From Dudresnaya verticillata (Eukaryota), in NCBI GenBank assembly GCA_977862235.1, contig OZ374558.1:1178001-1242000 (forward strand): DNA of 64,000 nt, in the 5' to 3' direction. The notes under the pieces are model-generated. The model was not told the DNA's origin. It did no database searches and saw only the letters and a program-made list of their open reading frames with translations. Below are positions 1-11,338 of this stretch, one piece after another; within the stretch, counting starts at the first letter, position 1, and every line of letters starts with the position of its first letter. The translations under genes and the position numbers were made by a program.

Positions 1-1212
1 GAGCGCGTGCGCGCCAGGCAGCAGAACAAGGAGCTGCGCGGCGTCGCCGCGGTCGAGCGGCGAGAGCTGCGCGGCAAGCGGCGGCGGCGAGGAAGCGGGA
101 CGGCGGCGATGGGGACCGCGACGGTGGCGGCGGCGGTGTTGGAGTCAATTTTATGTGATTTAAGGGCGCCAGCGGTGCTGCGATGGAGGCGGTCGAAACG
201 CTGTCCATTGCTCGAGCGGGACTTGACGGTTTAGTGCAAGGGCTCCGTGCCGTTCTCTTGTCGCGTACGCGTTAAGGAGAGCGGACACGCTCGGCCATCA
301 GCACGGTCAGCTTCCAAACTTCCTTTGGGCGACGACCCTATCTCTCTGAGGATGGAATGATACGGCGCTGGACTTGGAGACCGCCACGGCAGTGATGAGC
401 CGCGTCGCGATGGGCAAAGTCGAAAAACTTGTTACGACGGCGTGAGCCAGTCGATCGTTCCAGTCGCCCACAACCAGTTGTGCCACACAACCGTCGCGGC
501 TTTTGCTTGGTGAGGCGCTGTAGCAGGCATGTCCGCAACTCTACACGGTACATTGTATACATTCCGGGGCTGTCAAGAGGCCCACCGCTGCATACGTGAC
601 TTCGGGCCGAATACATGAAGCTCTTGTCGGTCTACCATCTGCTTCGGTACACAATCGTGCGCGTCGTTCGAAGAAAAGCAAATGTCAGATAGCCCCGCTT
701 CCTGACGGCGTTCAAGCGTTGTTTCATTCTGCGCGCAATGTTTATCACACACATAACCCATACATCTGAAAGCGTCATGACTTTGCTGTTGGCTAGCTCT
801 CTCGCATTGACACCTACGCGCCAGTGCCAAGAACGGTCCAATTGTGCAAACATCGGAAATGGTTGGTCTATGATCGGCCCTCTGCTCGACGATTCCGCTC
901 TTCCGCCGCGCAGACGGTGTCGAAAGCAAGGCCCATACCGCGCACGTCAAACAGAAGAAAATCCATACAAAGGGACCGCAGCCTGCAAAGTGCGCCTACG
1001 TCAGCATTCCGCACTCCACAACCTGAAACTGCTCACCGATTGTCTCCCCCTTTTCCAGAACACGCCTCCATTGCGTCCGTCTTCTCTGCACGAATTGTCT
1101 CGATCTACCCTGAGCAAGCGTACGGAACGCGATCACTCCAGTTGACTCCCCGCAACAACTTCTTCCCGCTCTTGGCAGTCGTTGAGCTGTTGTCGCCTCC
1201 ATCACCAGCATC

Positions 1213-1842
1213 ATGTCCCACACAGTCTTCTCCACCATGTTGTTCCTCGTCGCGTTCACGGTCTCCAGTAATGCGCTCTTCAATGAGAAGCGTTCCAGTT
1301 CCAAGGTTTCCCGCAAGCACAAGTGCCAGACCCAGGCTCCGCTCATCTGCTCCGTCGTACCGACGGCTGGATACAACACTACTGGCACCGTCACGTTCAA
1401 GCCTGTTTTCATCAAGAAGAATCCCCTCTTCATGAAGAAGAACGGCGGCTTCCGTCGGTGCGTTGTGCATGTTGTCGCCAAGATCTCGGGGCTCACCCCA
1501 GGCCGTCATGGCTTCCACATCCACACGTTCGGAGACATTCTCAAGTCGGACGGCACTAGCACTGGCGGGCACTTTCTCAACCTGGATGGAACCCAAGTTT
1601 CGCACGGGTTCCCTCTCAATACCAAACATCACTGGGGCGATCTCGGCAATCTTGGTGCGAACGCTGCAGGAACGGCGTGGTACAACCGCATTGACCGCGT
1701 TATTACTCTGCAGGGAGTTGTTGGCCGCGGCATGACGCTTCACGCAGATGAGGACAAAGGGCGCAATTCCCAGCCGACTGGGGGCGCTGGAGCGAGGATC
1801 GGATTTTGCGTGATCGGATTCGCCAACCCCGACCTGTTGTAA
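1213..1842 (+). CDS. Cu/Zn superoxide dismutase with N-terminal signal peptide (secreted)
   Basis: Motifs HGFHIH, STGGHF, HG, HWGDLGN, TLHADED and GAGARIGFCVIG give the full Cu/Zn ligand set and catalytic Arg. Hydrophobic N-terminus MLFLVAFTVSSNA. Single open frame. Confidence 0.95.
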   Translation: MSHTVFSTMLFLVAFTVSSNALFNEKRSSSKVSRKHKCQTQAPLICSVVPTAGYNTTGTVTFKPVFIKKNPLFMKKNGGFRRCVVHVVAKISGLTPGRHGFHIHTFGDILKSDGTSTGGHFLNLDGTQVSHGFPLNTKHHWGDLGNLGANAAGTAWYNRIDRVITLQGVVGRGMTLHADEDKGRNSQPTGGAGARIGFCVIGFANPDLL

Positions 1843-2932
1843 CTACTCTTCATCCAGTGCTCGGCCATTTCTAAGGGTGGCCCAAACTATCTAGACTTGA
1901 GGAGCACAGCGCTCAGAGGGAGAGCTTTTCGTTAGAAACATTGCACGGGACACTGCCTGGCAAGTGTGACTGCACATATGTAGATACTATTCGCAAACAT
2001 GTTTCTCTCTTTCTACTAACGGCACTGTGAACATCGTTAACATCTTCACTTCTTTTAGGGCAGGTAAACCCTTCGATTTGCGATGGACGCTCCATATATC
2101 CATTGAGATGCCATCATTACCTCCATTCCGCTCCAAACTCTCACCGATGTGGTTAAACAAACTACTCCGAATTCTTCACCTTCCATCATCAAGATGTACC
2201 GAGCAGGGCTTCTTGCTGAACAAATATGGTATATCAGACAACCATGAACAAACGTCGCTCCCAAAGCCCCACTCACCAAGTTTCTTTGCATTCAACGTGA
2301 CCTAGTGACGATTTCTGTGCTGTGGCGCTCAGGCTTGGACATTGAAGTGCCGGGCACATTTATTCTGTTCAGAGCGTTTTCCATAGCCGTAGAAGGAAAG
2401 CATTACGAAAGCGCGATGTCTAAGACATGATGGCCTATTTTTAATGGCAAGCAGGTTGCAGAATCAAAGCAAGCTATGGTCTCGATGTTCAGAGAGCCTC
2501 TATCGTTGCATCAGAACCATGCGTCCATATTTAAAGCCCTTGCAAGACAAGAACACATTATATAGTTACCGTAACAGATCAGAGAGATGGTCATCATCAT
2601 CACAAAGGTCTTAACCCCACGAACCCCTTGATCGAAAAGCACTCCCTCCTCACTGGCCTTGTCAGCTTCGTCCTAAAATACTTTGCTGTTATCGTTAACT
2701 GTCGTTGTGTTACAAGGCCCTCTTTTGATTGCGATCTAGTCCTTCACAGGCTCCTCTGTCTCTCTTCCTTACCTCTCCTTTTTACTCTCCGTACCGAAAT
2801 GTGAGTTTCGCAAGAGATATGAGGCAAAGCAGTACATGCAGCGACTGTATTTCGGCTCCCTGAGAAAACGGTATCTGACTTGCCACATAACTGGTCACCA
2901 CCAATGACTCTAGGAAGTGCTCGCCACCTAGT

Positions 2933-4591
2933 TTAAAATAGCCTCGCGTAGAGCTGGCAAAGCATGTCTATATGCTTGTTGCAAGAGACAAGCTCCAGGA
3001 ATCCTGGTTGCGCCCCCAATGCGCTCATGTTCTCAACTGCTTGGCGACACCTTTCCATGAAAAGAAGTTCATTGACTCGGCCATTCAACGCGGCACAGGT
3101 GCAAATACAACCACGGGGTGAGGGCGACGGGGTGACACTGGGCGTGACACTGGGTGTAATCGACGGGGTTGCGCTGGAGCTAGGTGAAGGAAGTATCGAG
3201 GTACTCGGGCTTGGCGACACTGAGGGAGTCATCGAGGCAGGCGGTGCATCCGGTGAGGGAGATGGTGAGGAAGACGATGAGGAAGACGAGTCGACCAAAT
3301 CGGAATCAGAATCAGGTCCGTTAGATCCGCCACTAGGGGGGAAACAAACTCCAGACATGAGGGATGCCGCACGCGACTCAGCATTGGCTGCGGAATCAGC
3401 CTTTCTGAGCTGGAAGATCTCATAAGGCACTCGTAAGCATTCTTTGGAGTACGCCGGGGAAATGCTTTTGAACTGCGCAATGTAGTCTTGATTCGTTTCG
3501 AGAGCAGTATAGCCATATGTGGCCTCAGTTGCTGGTTCAATGGACGTGCCCTCTGGCCAGTCATTCCAGGTTGCGATCTGAATCCACGGATTCTCAACTA
3601 CATCCAATCCGCCCAGCCGCTGCGGAGTATATTGGAGCTGCTTATTCCAGGTGAGTGCCATTGTCTCTCCTTGATCGACGGTTCGCAAATGGTAGCGGTT
3701 TGGTTTTGGGCCATTATTCCAGAACGGAGAGACATTGCTGTCGTCAAAGCCTGGATAAACACCACCCATCTTCACAGTGTTGACGTCTGAGGGTAGCGAG
3801 ATTGTCGCCGACTGTCTTGCCATTGTGAAGTCAAAGTCTTCGAAGTACTGCTCCCCCCAGTTTGCGGATTCTGTCTTGGGAAGACCCGTGTTGAGCTCTC
3901 CTACCCACTCGAAGTTGCCGGTTGAGTATTCGAAGTTTACAGCGTTACGGATGAGCAGAATGACACCACCGGTGAAGATGTTATCGAATAGAGTACTGTA
4001 TAGAGAGGGAAGGGATTCGGACCAGGCGAGCACGACGGGATGGCCAGTTACGTCGTCACGGAAGATGACCGAAGAAAAGGCTGGGTTGTTATAGAAGGTG
4101 TAATAGACGTAGTTGATCGAAGAATTGATCTCCGCGGCGTCGGCGGAACCACCATCGTCATACGAGATAATGGCGCTAAACAAGAAGGTGGGGTACTTTG
4201 CTCGAAAGGCGTTAATAACGTCGAACAGTGCCACCGTGGTGCGGCGCTGCATCGGATTGGCTGGGTTGAGGTTGATGATGAAGCCGTCGATGCCGGCCGT
4301 GAAGGCGGTGAGAAGGTGGTACTCAAGCACGTCGGGGTCGAAGAGCGAGTATTCACCGATGAGCGGGGCGTTGGAGTAGTGGATGATGGACGGGTCCGAG
4401 CAGTCGTACGTGCCGCCGACCGGGTAGCACCACCCCGTGCGCAGAGGGTACTGGATGGCGGACGAGTCGTACCATGGCAGGTAGTGCGCGAAGACCTTGC
4501 GGGCGCGATTGGCCGTGGCGAGGGGAGGCAGCAGGAGCAGCAGGAGAAGCAGGAGGAAGGAGAGTCGGTTGGGGGGGCGTTGTGCGTTCAT
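2933..4591 (-). CDS. Secreted GH99/GH71-like glycoside hydrolase with Ser/Pro/Thr linker and small Cys-rich C-terminal domain
   Basis: Poly-Leu signal peptide. Motifs VFAHYLPWY, AGIDGFII, PGFDD and IATWNDWPEGTSIEPA are typical of GH71/GH99 barrels. SPSPS/TPS-rich stalk follows. Confidence 0.82.
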   Translation of the reverse strand: MNAQRPPNRLSFLLLLLLLLLPPLATANRARKVFAHYLPWYDSSAIQYPLRTGWCYPVGGTYDCSDPSIIHYSNAPLIGEYSLFDPDVLEYHLLTAFTAGIDGFIINLNPANPMQRRTTVALFDVINAFRAKYPTFLFSAIISYDDGGSADAAEINSSINYVYYTFYNNPAFSSVIFRDDVTGHPVVLAWSESLPSLYSTLFDNIFTGGVILLIRNAVNFEYSTGNFEWVGELNTGLPKTESANWGEQYFEDFDFTMARQSATISLPSDVNTVKMGGVYPGFDDSNVSPFWNNGPKPNRYHLRTVDQGETMALTWNKQLQYTPQRLGGLDVVENPWIQIATWNDWPEGTSIEPATEATYGYTALETNQDYIAQFKSISPAYSKECLRVPYEIFQLRKADSAANAESRAASLMSGVCFPPSGGSNGPDSDSDLVDSSSSSSSSPSPSPDAPPASMTPSVSPSPSTSILPSPSSSATPSITPSVTPSVTPSPSPRGCICTCAALNGRVNELLFMERCRQAVENMSALGAQPGFLELVSCNKHIDMLCQLYARLF

Positions 4592-4683
4592 TGTGAGGGC
4601 GCACCGGAGAGAAGCATTGGCCGGTGGTGCCCGACGCGGACTGGGTTGGCACCGCTGCGGGAGGGGAAGGGCTCTTGCTCGCT

Positions 4684-4707
4684 GTTGTTGTTGTTGTTGT
4701 TGTTGTT
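4684..4707. repeat. (GTT)8 microsatellite upstream of the hydrolase start codon
   Basis: gttgttgtt... read directly in the sequence. Confidence 0.9.
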
Positions 4708-5599
4708 TTGCGCCTCACCCTTAGCAGAGGTGGTCCCCGCGCGGAGTGCTTTGGGCAGGGCCGTCGTTGCGATGTTATCGGCGTGGGGCAAACGGCTTTT
4801 CTTCACTAAATTGATGGCAGATCGAAGACGGTTCAAATGATATTCTTCCGAAGCTGTTTTGGTTGTACCGACAGACTTTTTTACTTTTGGGCCTTTTCCT
4901 CAATGCAATAAGTTGGAAGCTTCGCGTCGAATATTTCGCTGCTTCAAGACGTTAATAGCGAAGACATTCATATCCGAATTGAAGAGCACCCGTTCTTTAA
5001 TGTGTTGCCGATAGCGTAAATCACCACAACCTATCCCCTCCTCCTTCTTATTCTTCTATGTGTCCTGGTAATTAGACCCCTTCTCAGGGTTGTTCCTGAC
5101 ATTAAAACAAATATGTGATGGTGTTCTTTAATTGTTGTTTATAGTGTTCCTACGCGGGCAGCTTAGGCCCATGTGCAGGCGCACTTGAGAGTCCAAAAAG
5201 GGACTCATGGAGTTATATTTTGTTATGTGCTATGGGACGGTGGTGCTATCTGTGAACCGCAAGGTTATGGTCGCGGTAGATAGGGATTGAGAGCACGGGG
5301 GTAGGGACGATGTATCTTGAACCGAAGCAGACCACCGGCCTGCAACGGCCGACTTCCATTCGACGATGATTCCCGCCTGGATGACAGGATACGGCGTGGG
5401 CGTTAGGGTTTGTTCCATCTCTGGAAGAATACGAAGGGTACGTATGGTTTCCTTGGCATGCCACGCTGATGCGTCGCGGTGAGTGTCAACCGCCGCAAGC
5501 TTGCTCCTCCGCCTCTTTACGGTAGCTCTGCATCCTAAGCCCCCTTAAGGGGCTTCTCTCTCTTGTTCTTTAATAAAGGTCTGATTGAAGATGGATTCT

Positions 5600-6440
5600 G
5601 GCGAGCTTAGAGAGTGCAGTGGTCCATGTATTGGCCTCTTTTCTGAGCAGCGGGGGAGCTAATCTGAACAAAGTTCGGAGTATGGCGATTCTCCGCGTTG
5701 AGAGTCGGAACGACTGCTGCTCAATACAGATGCGGAAGAAGTGGGCATCCAGGTGGTCGATCGCAGTGAGGATCGGGGGTTCCAGAGGTACGAGGGAAAT
5801 ACAGTACTACTAGACCGGCCGGACGAAGCAGATACTCACGAATTGGGCTGCATGGGCGGGCATGGATGATGACAGGGACCCAGTTTGTGCCAGTGACGTT
5901 AGCCTTTTCAGAGTTCGCTCCCCACTCCAGTTGCTGAAATGTCAACGCCGAGGTATCGCTTTGCCTTCGCCTCTGTCGCGTGGGTAGTACGAGAGAGCAT
6001 TTTGGTACAGACGACTGCATCCCGAAGGAATTGGCCCATTCGTCGCTCACCGCAAGGGCAAGTCGGAGCTCAGCCGGGGAGGACACGTGTAGGAGACAAT
6101 CATCCGCGAAGAGACGGCCAGGAAGGTTGGCATCCGATCTGTTGAGTTCGGAATAGAGTCTGTACGCGAGGACGTCTATGAAGACGTTGAAGAGTATTGG
6201 GGTCAAGAGAGAGCCCTGTATCACTCCCATACGGCCTTCCCCGTAGGCACCAGCAGCGTCTCCTACAGTGCTAATCCGTAAGGGTCCGATAAGTGTGGCG
6301 ATCATCGCACCGAGATGCGTGGATAGCCGATCCGCACACAGATTGAAGAGCTTCGTCCTATCAATCCGGTCAGAGGCGCTTTTTAAGTCCAACACTGCTG
6401 TCTAGTCGTCTCCCGATCGTTGTGTCCCAAGCGTTATTGC
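5600..6440 (-). mobile_element. Non-LTR (LINE-type) retrotransposon reverse transcriptase fragment, decayed
   Basis: AVLDLKSASD, GVIQGSLLTPILFNVFID and LFADD are LINE RT motifs. Stop codon just upstream. Boundaries approximate. Confidence 0.85.
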
Positions 6441-9400
6441 CGCAAACACATTGCAACAAATATGTGTGTTGCTTGCGTCATGTAACTCATTTTCATTCAC
6501 GCGATTGTGACAGAGTAGTTGCATGCTGCGACTCACTTCTTTTGTGTTTCTTTACTCTTCGTTGAGTATAATTATTGTTCATCTGATTGTGTTCAGTGAA
6601 CGCACTATAACTTGGAATAACCGTCTCAATAAAACATTCCCCGGTGAATGTGCAGCAATAAGTGACATGTCCCACGGACGGCATAGTACAGACCAATTCC
6701 TGTGGCAGCCATAGCTCGACACATCGTGTTAGAACAATCGCACAGCAAAGGTACGACGCCGTGCAAAGCCCAGCCGACTGCGCGAGTGTGGCAGCCCGTC
6801 CCTCCAAGCCATACTTGCAAGATTGCGACACTGCGTCGTGTCGCTCTCGTACACTCTCTGCACATGAAGATGAGTTCCTTGTCGAGGATCTGTCGCATAA
6901 AAATAGAAGGCGTCTGTCACGTCCATCTTTATTGTTCCGCGACCATTCTATACTGAATGTCACTTGTCCTTATAAATGTTGCGAGCTATTCATTCCTAGC
7001 TAGAGACTGCGACCGGGATTCCCAGTGATAATTCTCGCAACGGGGCTGATGCACCTCCAGGTTGTAGATACCTACTGAAGTAGGATCTTAAGTAGGGAGC
7101 ATCACAGCACTAAGCCAAGCAAAGCCACACTGAAGCGGCAATAGCTTAGTGGTTTCTTTTTGCTCGGTCCGCCATGGAGGTCGTGGGATCGAGTCCCGCG
7201 GGTATGTGCACGTGCGAAGCTGGAGAGTAGTCTACAAGGTACAAACCCTGCAGTCCAACAGCTTCTCCGATGACTCAGCTACCTGGAGCTGTTTCATCAC
7301 GTTTGAAGACGCAAAGAAGTGCTACGAAGCTGGTCACGACATATCCCAATTCTTCAGTCTGTATACCAGGACAAACCCCTGGTTGAATAGATTTATGCCT
7401 TCCCGGCAAAAAAGCAAAGCAAACAATAACAGTCGTGTCGATCTATTGGCTTGAAAGCGCCCCGTATTCACCTGCATGTACCTCCATGTAGCACATGTCG
7501 TGTTTTCTCTATGTTGATGTATTGATGGAAAGGTAATAAAACTTTTCACTGTCCAGTCTGTTCCACACCCACTGCATTGTGATGGTAAACATTGTGCGAC
7601 CGATGTTAGTTTTTAATGCAATCTTCCGAAGTCTTCTGCCTGAATGTACTTCTCATACCACCTAGGAGGCACATCAGGCTTTCAGAGAAACGTGCTCCTT
7701 TCCAAGAGAAGCTACGCCATTATGTGGTATATATCCTCAAACATTGCACTTGCTTCCACTATCAAGTGAGACCTCCATGCTTCCTTCTACGATGAGTTCA
7801 CTGGTATATAAGAGCAAGAAGCTCTACTTACTAACTCTATCTAACATTGTACTCTCTTTCTCCTGTCCTTCTACCATCATGAATCGAAACGATTTTCAGG
7901 AGCCCTCCGAGGTCTTCTTCGTAACGAAACAAAGCCATGCTTTTTCGGCCTGCTTGCTCGTTTTCCTATTCCTCTATTGCACATCCGCGAAGAAGCTGAA
8001 CTGCCATGACAGAAGAGTTGTTGATTCCTTCCACTCTTGCAAATGTCACTTTCTGCTAACAGCAGGGAGAAACTCATTAAGACCAGGCATCAGTTTAAAG
8101 AAGGAACAGCTGAAGGTGTTTCTGCAGTCAAGTTCGATTCAGTTTGGTGGTCCGAAAGCTCCAAGAGCTGGGTGACTCAGCTTATCGAGGTCAAAAACGT
8201 TTAACAAGAACAAACCAATTGAGACCATGAAGAATTTTTCAGAGGTATGCATCCTGATAGCCGGGAGGTAAACTCATCATTGTTCTTTTTGAATCCACAA
8301 TCAGGGGATGGGGGAATTTGGCGTTTTAAGCAAAAGGCACATTAGGCTTCGACGCACTTTTGTTCTGGGGAATCTTTCTATTAAAATCGAGGGATGTCCT
8401 AGTTTACCTTCTCGGCTGAACAGAACGATACTAAGATTATGTTATGAGTCTGCTAATGATATTGGAATAATAGAACGATCCCAACAGGAATCATACGGAT
8501 TTATTAGAAAAGCCGTCTTAATCGAAAAGACATTCTTGTACATTCAAGGCAGCGGCAACCTCTCTACTAAGTACTTTTCCAGTTCTGTAAGCTTTGAATC
8601 CAGCTTTCGATACTAAGATTAAGGGAGGGATGTTAGGTGGAAATTGCAAATAACACCACTGACCAGACAAAACAAGGCTTTCAGTTGTATTGTTTAAGAT
8701 CGGTCGTGTTGTTTGGTAGTGAATCCTTTCCCAAAATTAACGATAGGTATCGACAAAAGAGTCCTGCCTCATGGTATGTTAGGATTGCTTTCCTTACAAT
8801 AAAGACCATAGTGCTGTATCGCAAAACCAAAGGCAGTTTTGTGATTTGGACTGGCTGCATTCAATGCCAACCAAGCATGGAAGTTGCACGTATCGCGATC
8901 GGATTCGCTTTAAGTTGAGGGCTCCTCTGTGGAACTGCATATGGTCGAGAGTTACCCTCACAGAACCACTTAACCAAACATTATGGAACACCTTCAGCGG
9001 TATTTCGAGACCTGTAAGTTCCACCGTGACGATTACGTCATCCTTTGTTTCGAAGAACGATTTGGCCGTTATCCTTCTTTTCAACCCAAGCACAGGGCAC
9101 AAGTAAATTCTACATTCACAACATTCCATCTATTCCTGTCGCCTCTCTGTCTGCAAGTTATTGGAAAACTTCAGGGGCTGGGGGTTATGGCTCTGAAGGC
9201 GCCCGACAGGAGGACCGATATCATCCTTTCGATGATTACACTAAGCAACCTCTGCAAAAAATCGTGTCGCGCTGCATAAAAACCCATAGTGTGAACTCCA
9301 TACGGGACTTCTGTGCCTTGTAATCACCTATCCCTCTTAATCAAGTTATGCTACAAGTGTGTGTACATCGTTTCGCATCAAGTGCGGCTGAATACGCGTC

Positions 9401-9901
9401 AAAGTTGTCTGCGTAGAATAAATTTTGAACAAGTGGTAGAATACAACCCACTAACGAAGCAGACGCCAACCGATTTATCGGCAAGGATGTACAATGCACT
9501 TCGGAAAGCATACCTCCATTCATTCTGTCCGGTAGTACATTGCTATAAGTATTGCTATTCGGTCGGACCCTTAGTTGTGGCAAGATAAGATTCCCCAGAG
9601 CACCTGAAACAGTCTCAACGACAGTAGTATAATTGTATTGAAGGTTCCGGACCAACCGAGTTTCCGATCACAGTAACTACAAGATTTTTAAGCAGGGGTC
9701 TGCCTCATGGACTTGCCTTGCATTCTCAGCTGCCTTCGCCTCACGCCACAAACTGCGGTCAATTTACAGAAACATTGTTTCTTATCCTCAGATCAAAGAA
9801 AACTCATCTTCGTTAGAACTATGGAGCAGCCTCCAGTCAGAAACGATGTCTTCTTTTGCCAACGCACAGGACTACAACGATATTCCTAACTGTTTCAAAA
9901 A

Positions 9902-11338
9902 CTAGCGAGGGATTGGTTGGAGCTCACCCCCAGAGCTCCCAGAAGAACTCGATGCTTCCTTCTCGCTCGAGTTTTCGGAGCTCGAGGATCCGAGTCCACC
10001 TTCCGCCTGCAGTTCCCCGTCTTCCTGTTCGTTCCTATACTGGACCTCTAGGTTGGGTTCTTCAACTTGTTGCCCAAATCTTTCGGTGAGGGTGTCAACT
10101 CGACCAGACAAGTCCTCGAACTTCTGTCCTAAAGACTTGCACATCGCTTTGGTATCTTGAACGAGCTTCTGAACACTTCGGATACGCTCGTCCAAGTACT
10201 TCTTGTTGTCTCCAAGGGCTATTAGGATCCGCTCCAATGCATGCGGTTCCCTTGTTACGAGACCAGACTGCGCAGCGAGCTTCTCTATCGCAGTCGTTAC
10301 AGACCTCTTGATAATTGCTTCCAACCCTTTATGTGGATGACAATTATTGTCATCCTGGACGGGTTTCAGATCCGTTTTAGGTTCTACCTTTAACCTCTTG
10401 CTCTCCTCGGCATTTTCGGAATGCTTTCTCTTTCGTAGCAACTGATTTCCGCGAGAAAAAACATTTGCAAGGCGACTTGTACCGTCCGAAGTGGCGCCAG
10501 TTCTGTCGATACGCCCGCAATGGGACTTGACTGCATTGATAGCCGACTCGAGCAGTAACTCTGAGTGACGTTCAATGGCTTCATAGCTTCTTTTCGTGAG
10601 AAGCTCTGGTACAAAGATTCGATAGAACCGTTTCGTGCTATCGGAGAAGCGCTTCATATCTTCTAAGTACTCTGCTGCATTACGGTACTTGCCAGCTCGA
10701 ATCTTCTCACGGATGTGGCCTAGAACTACGAGGTTCCCCATACTCCCGTCGAACTTCTCGTTCAACGGAAGCCTTGCGAGGTCAACCTGGGTGCCTTGAG
10801 GTCTTGTAAGCCTGAAAGCACCTTCCGGGACCTGTTCCCCGCGGGGGAGGCAATGAACTTTGGAGGGGGTGCCACGCAAGATTCCTAGTGCGTTGCGCAC
10901 CTCCACTTCGCATTGTAGAAGGTTATCTTGTAACATTCCGCCATTCTGCGCCTTCTCCTCCAGTCCAGATGGTCTCGAGCTTTTCTTGACATACTTCTCA
11001 TTGGTAGAAGAAGGCAATTGTTGCTTGTTCACAGGCTGGGATCTGGGGATAGCGTACTTTTTCTTGACGCTTGGGATCCTCGGGGGCTCGGACCTTGGAA
11101 CTGAAACCCCCGGCTTTAATGAGGGTTTGCTTCCGATTCCAGATCGCGTGGCTATGATATTGTTTGAAGAAGAGGGTTTCACAGCTCGTTGGGGTCTGGA
11201 GAAGACAGGGTGTTTCTGCATAGAAGCTTCGTCTATAGCGCTTAGCTCCTTGCGAATCTCCCTCTCTTCTTCTCCCAGTCGCTGTTTTTTCTTCTCATCA
11301 GCTGCGGCTGAGAATCCTTGAGACATGCTCCGGTCCAT
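9902..11338 (-). CDS. 478-aa nuclear protein with divergent bromodomain-like segment and C-terminal coiled coil
   Basis: VVLGHIREKIRAGKYRNAAEYLEDMKRFSDSTKRFY resembles the bromodomain aA-aB helices. RKRK NLS-like motif. Heptad-rich C-terminus. Long clean ORF. Confidence 0.65.
   Translation of the reverse strand: MDRSMSQGFSAAADEKKKQRLGEEEREIRKELSAIDEASMQKHPVFSRPQRAVKPSSSNNIIATRSGIGSKPSLKPGVSVPRSEPPRIPSVKKKYAIPRSQPVNKQQLPSSTNEKYVKKSSRPSGLEEKAQNGGMLQDNLLQCEVEVRNALGILRGTPSKVHCLPRGEQVPEGAFRLTRPQGTQVDLARLPLNEKFDGSMGNLVVLGHIREKIRAGKYRNAAEYLEDMKRFSDSTKRFYRIFVPELLTKRSYEAIERHSELLLESAINAVKSHCGRIDRTGATSDGTSRLANVFSRGNQLLRKRKHSENAEESKRLKVEPKTDLKPVQDDNNCHPHKGLEAIIKRSVTTAIEKLAAQSGLVTREPHALERILIALGDNKKYLDERIRSVQKLVQDTKAMCKSLGQKFEDLSGRVDTLTERFGQQVEEPNLEVQYRNEQEDGELQAEGGLGSSSSENSSEKEASSSSGSSGGELQPIPR

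Noticed and set aside
1..240. GC-rich ORF 7-234
   Set aside because: No recognisable motif; more likely the 5' region of a minus-strand gene outside the window
824..1743. Long ORFs overlapping the SOD (824-1435, 996-1496, 1105-1743)
   Set aside because: Shadow frames of a well-supported gene
5460..5560. Possible hammerhead ribozyme or terminal hairpin near the LINE (ctgatgcg..., aagcccccttaaggggctt)
   Set aside because: The core is CTGATGC rather than CTGAnGA and no GAAA is correctly placed; the short near-palindrome alone is weak
8794..9129. piggyBac-like Cys motif (CCECRIYLC)
   Set aside because: Isolated motif with no transposase core or TTAA-bounded TIRs seen
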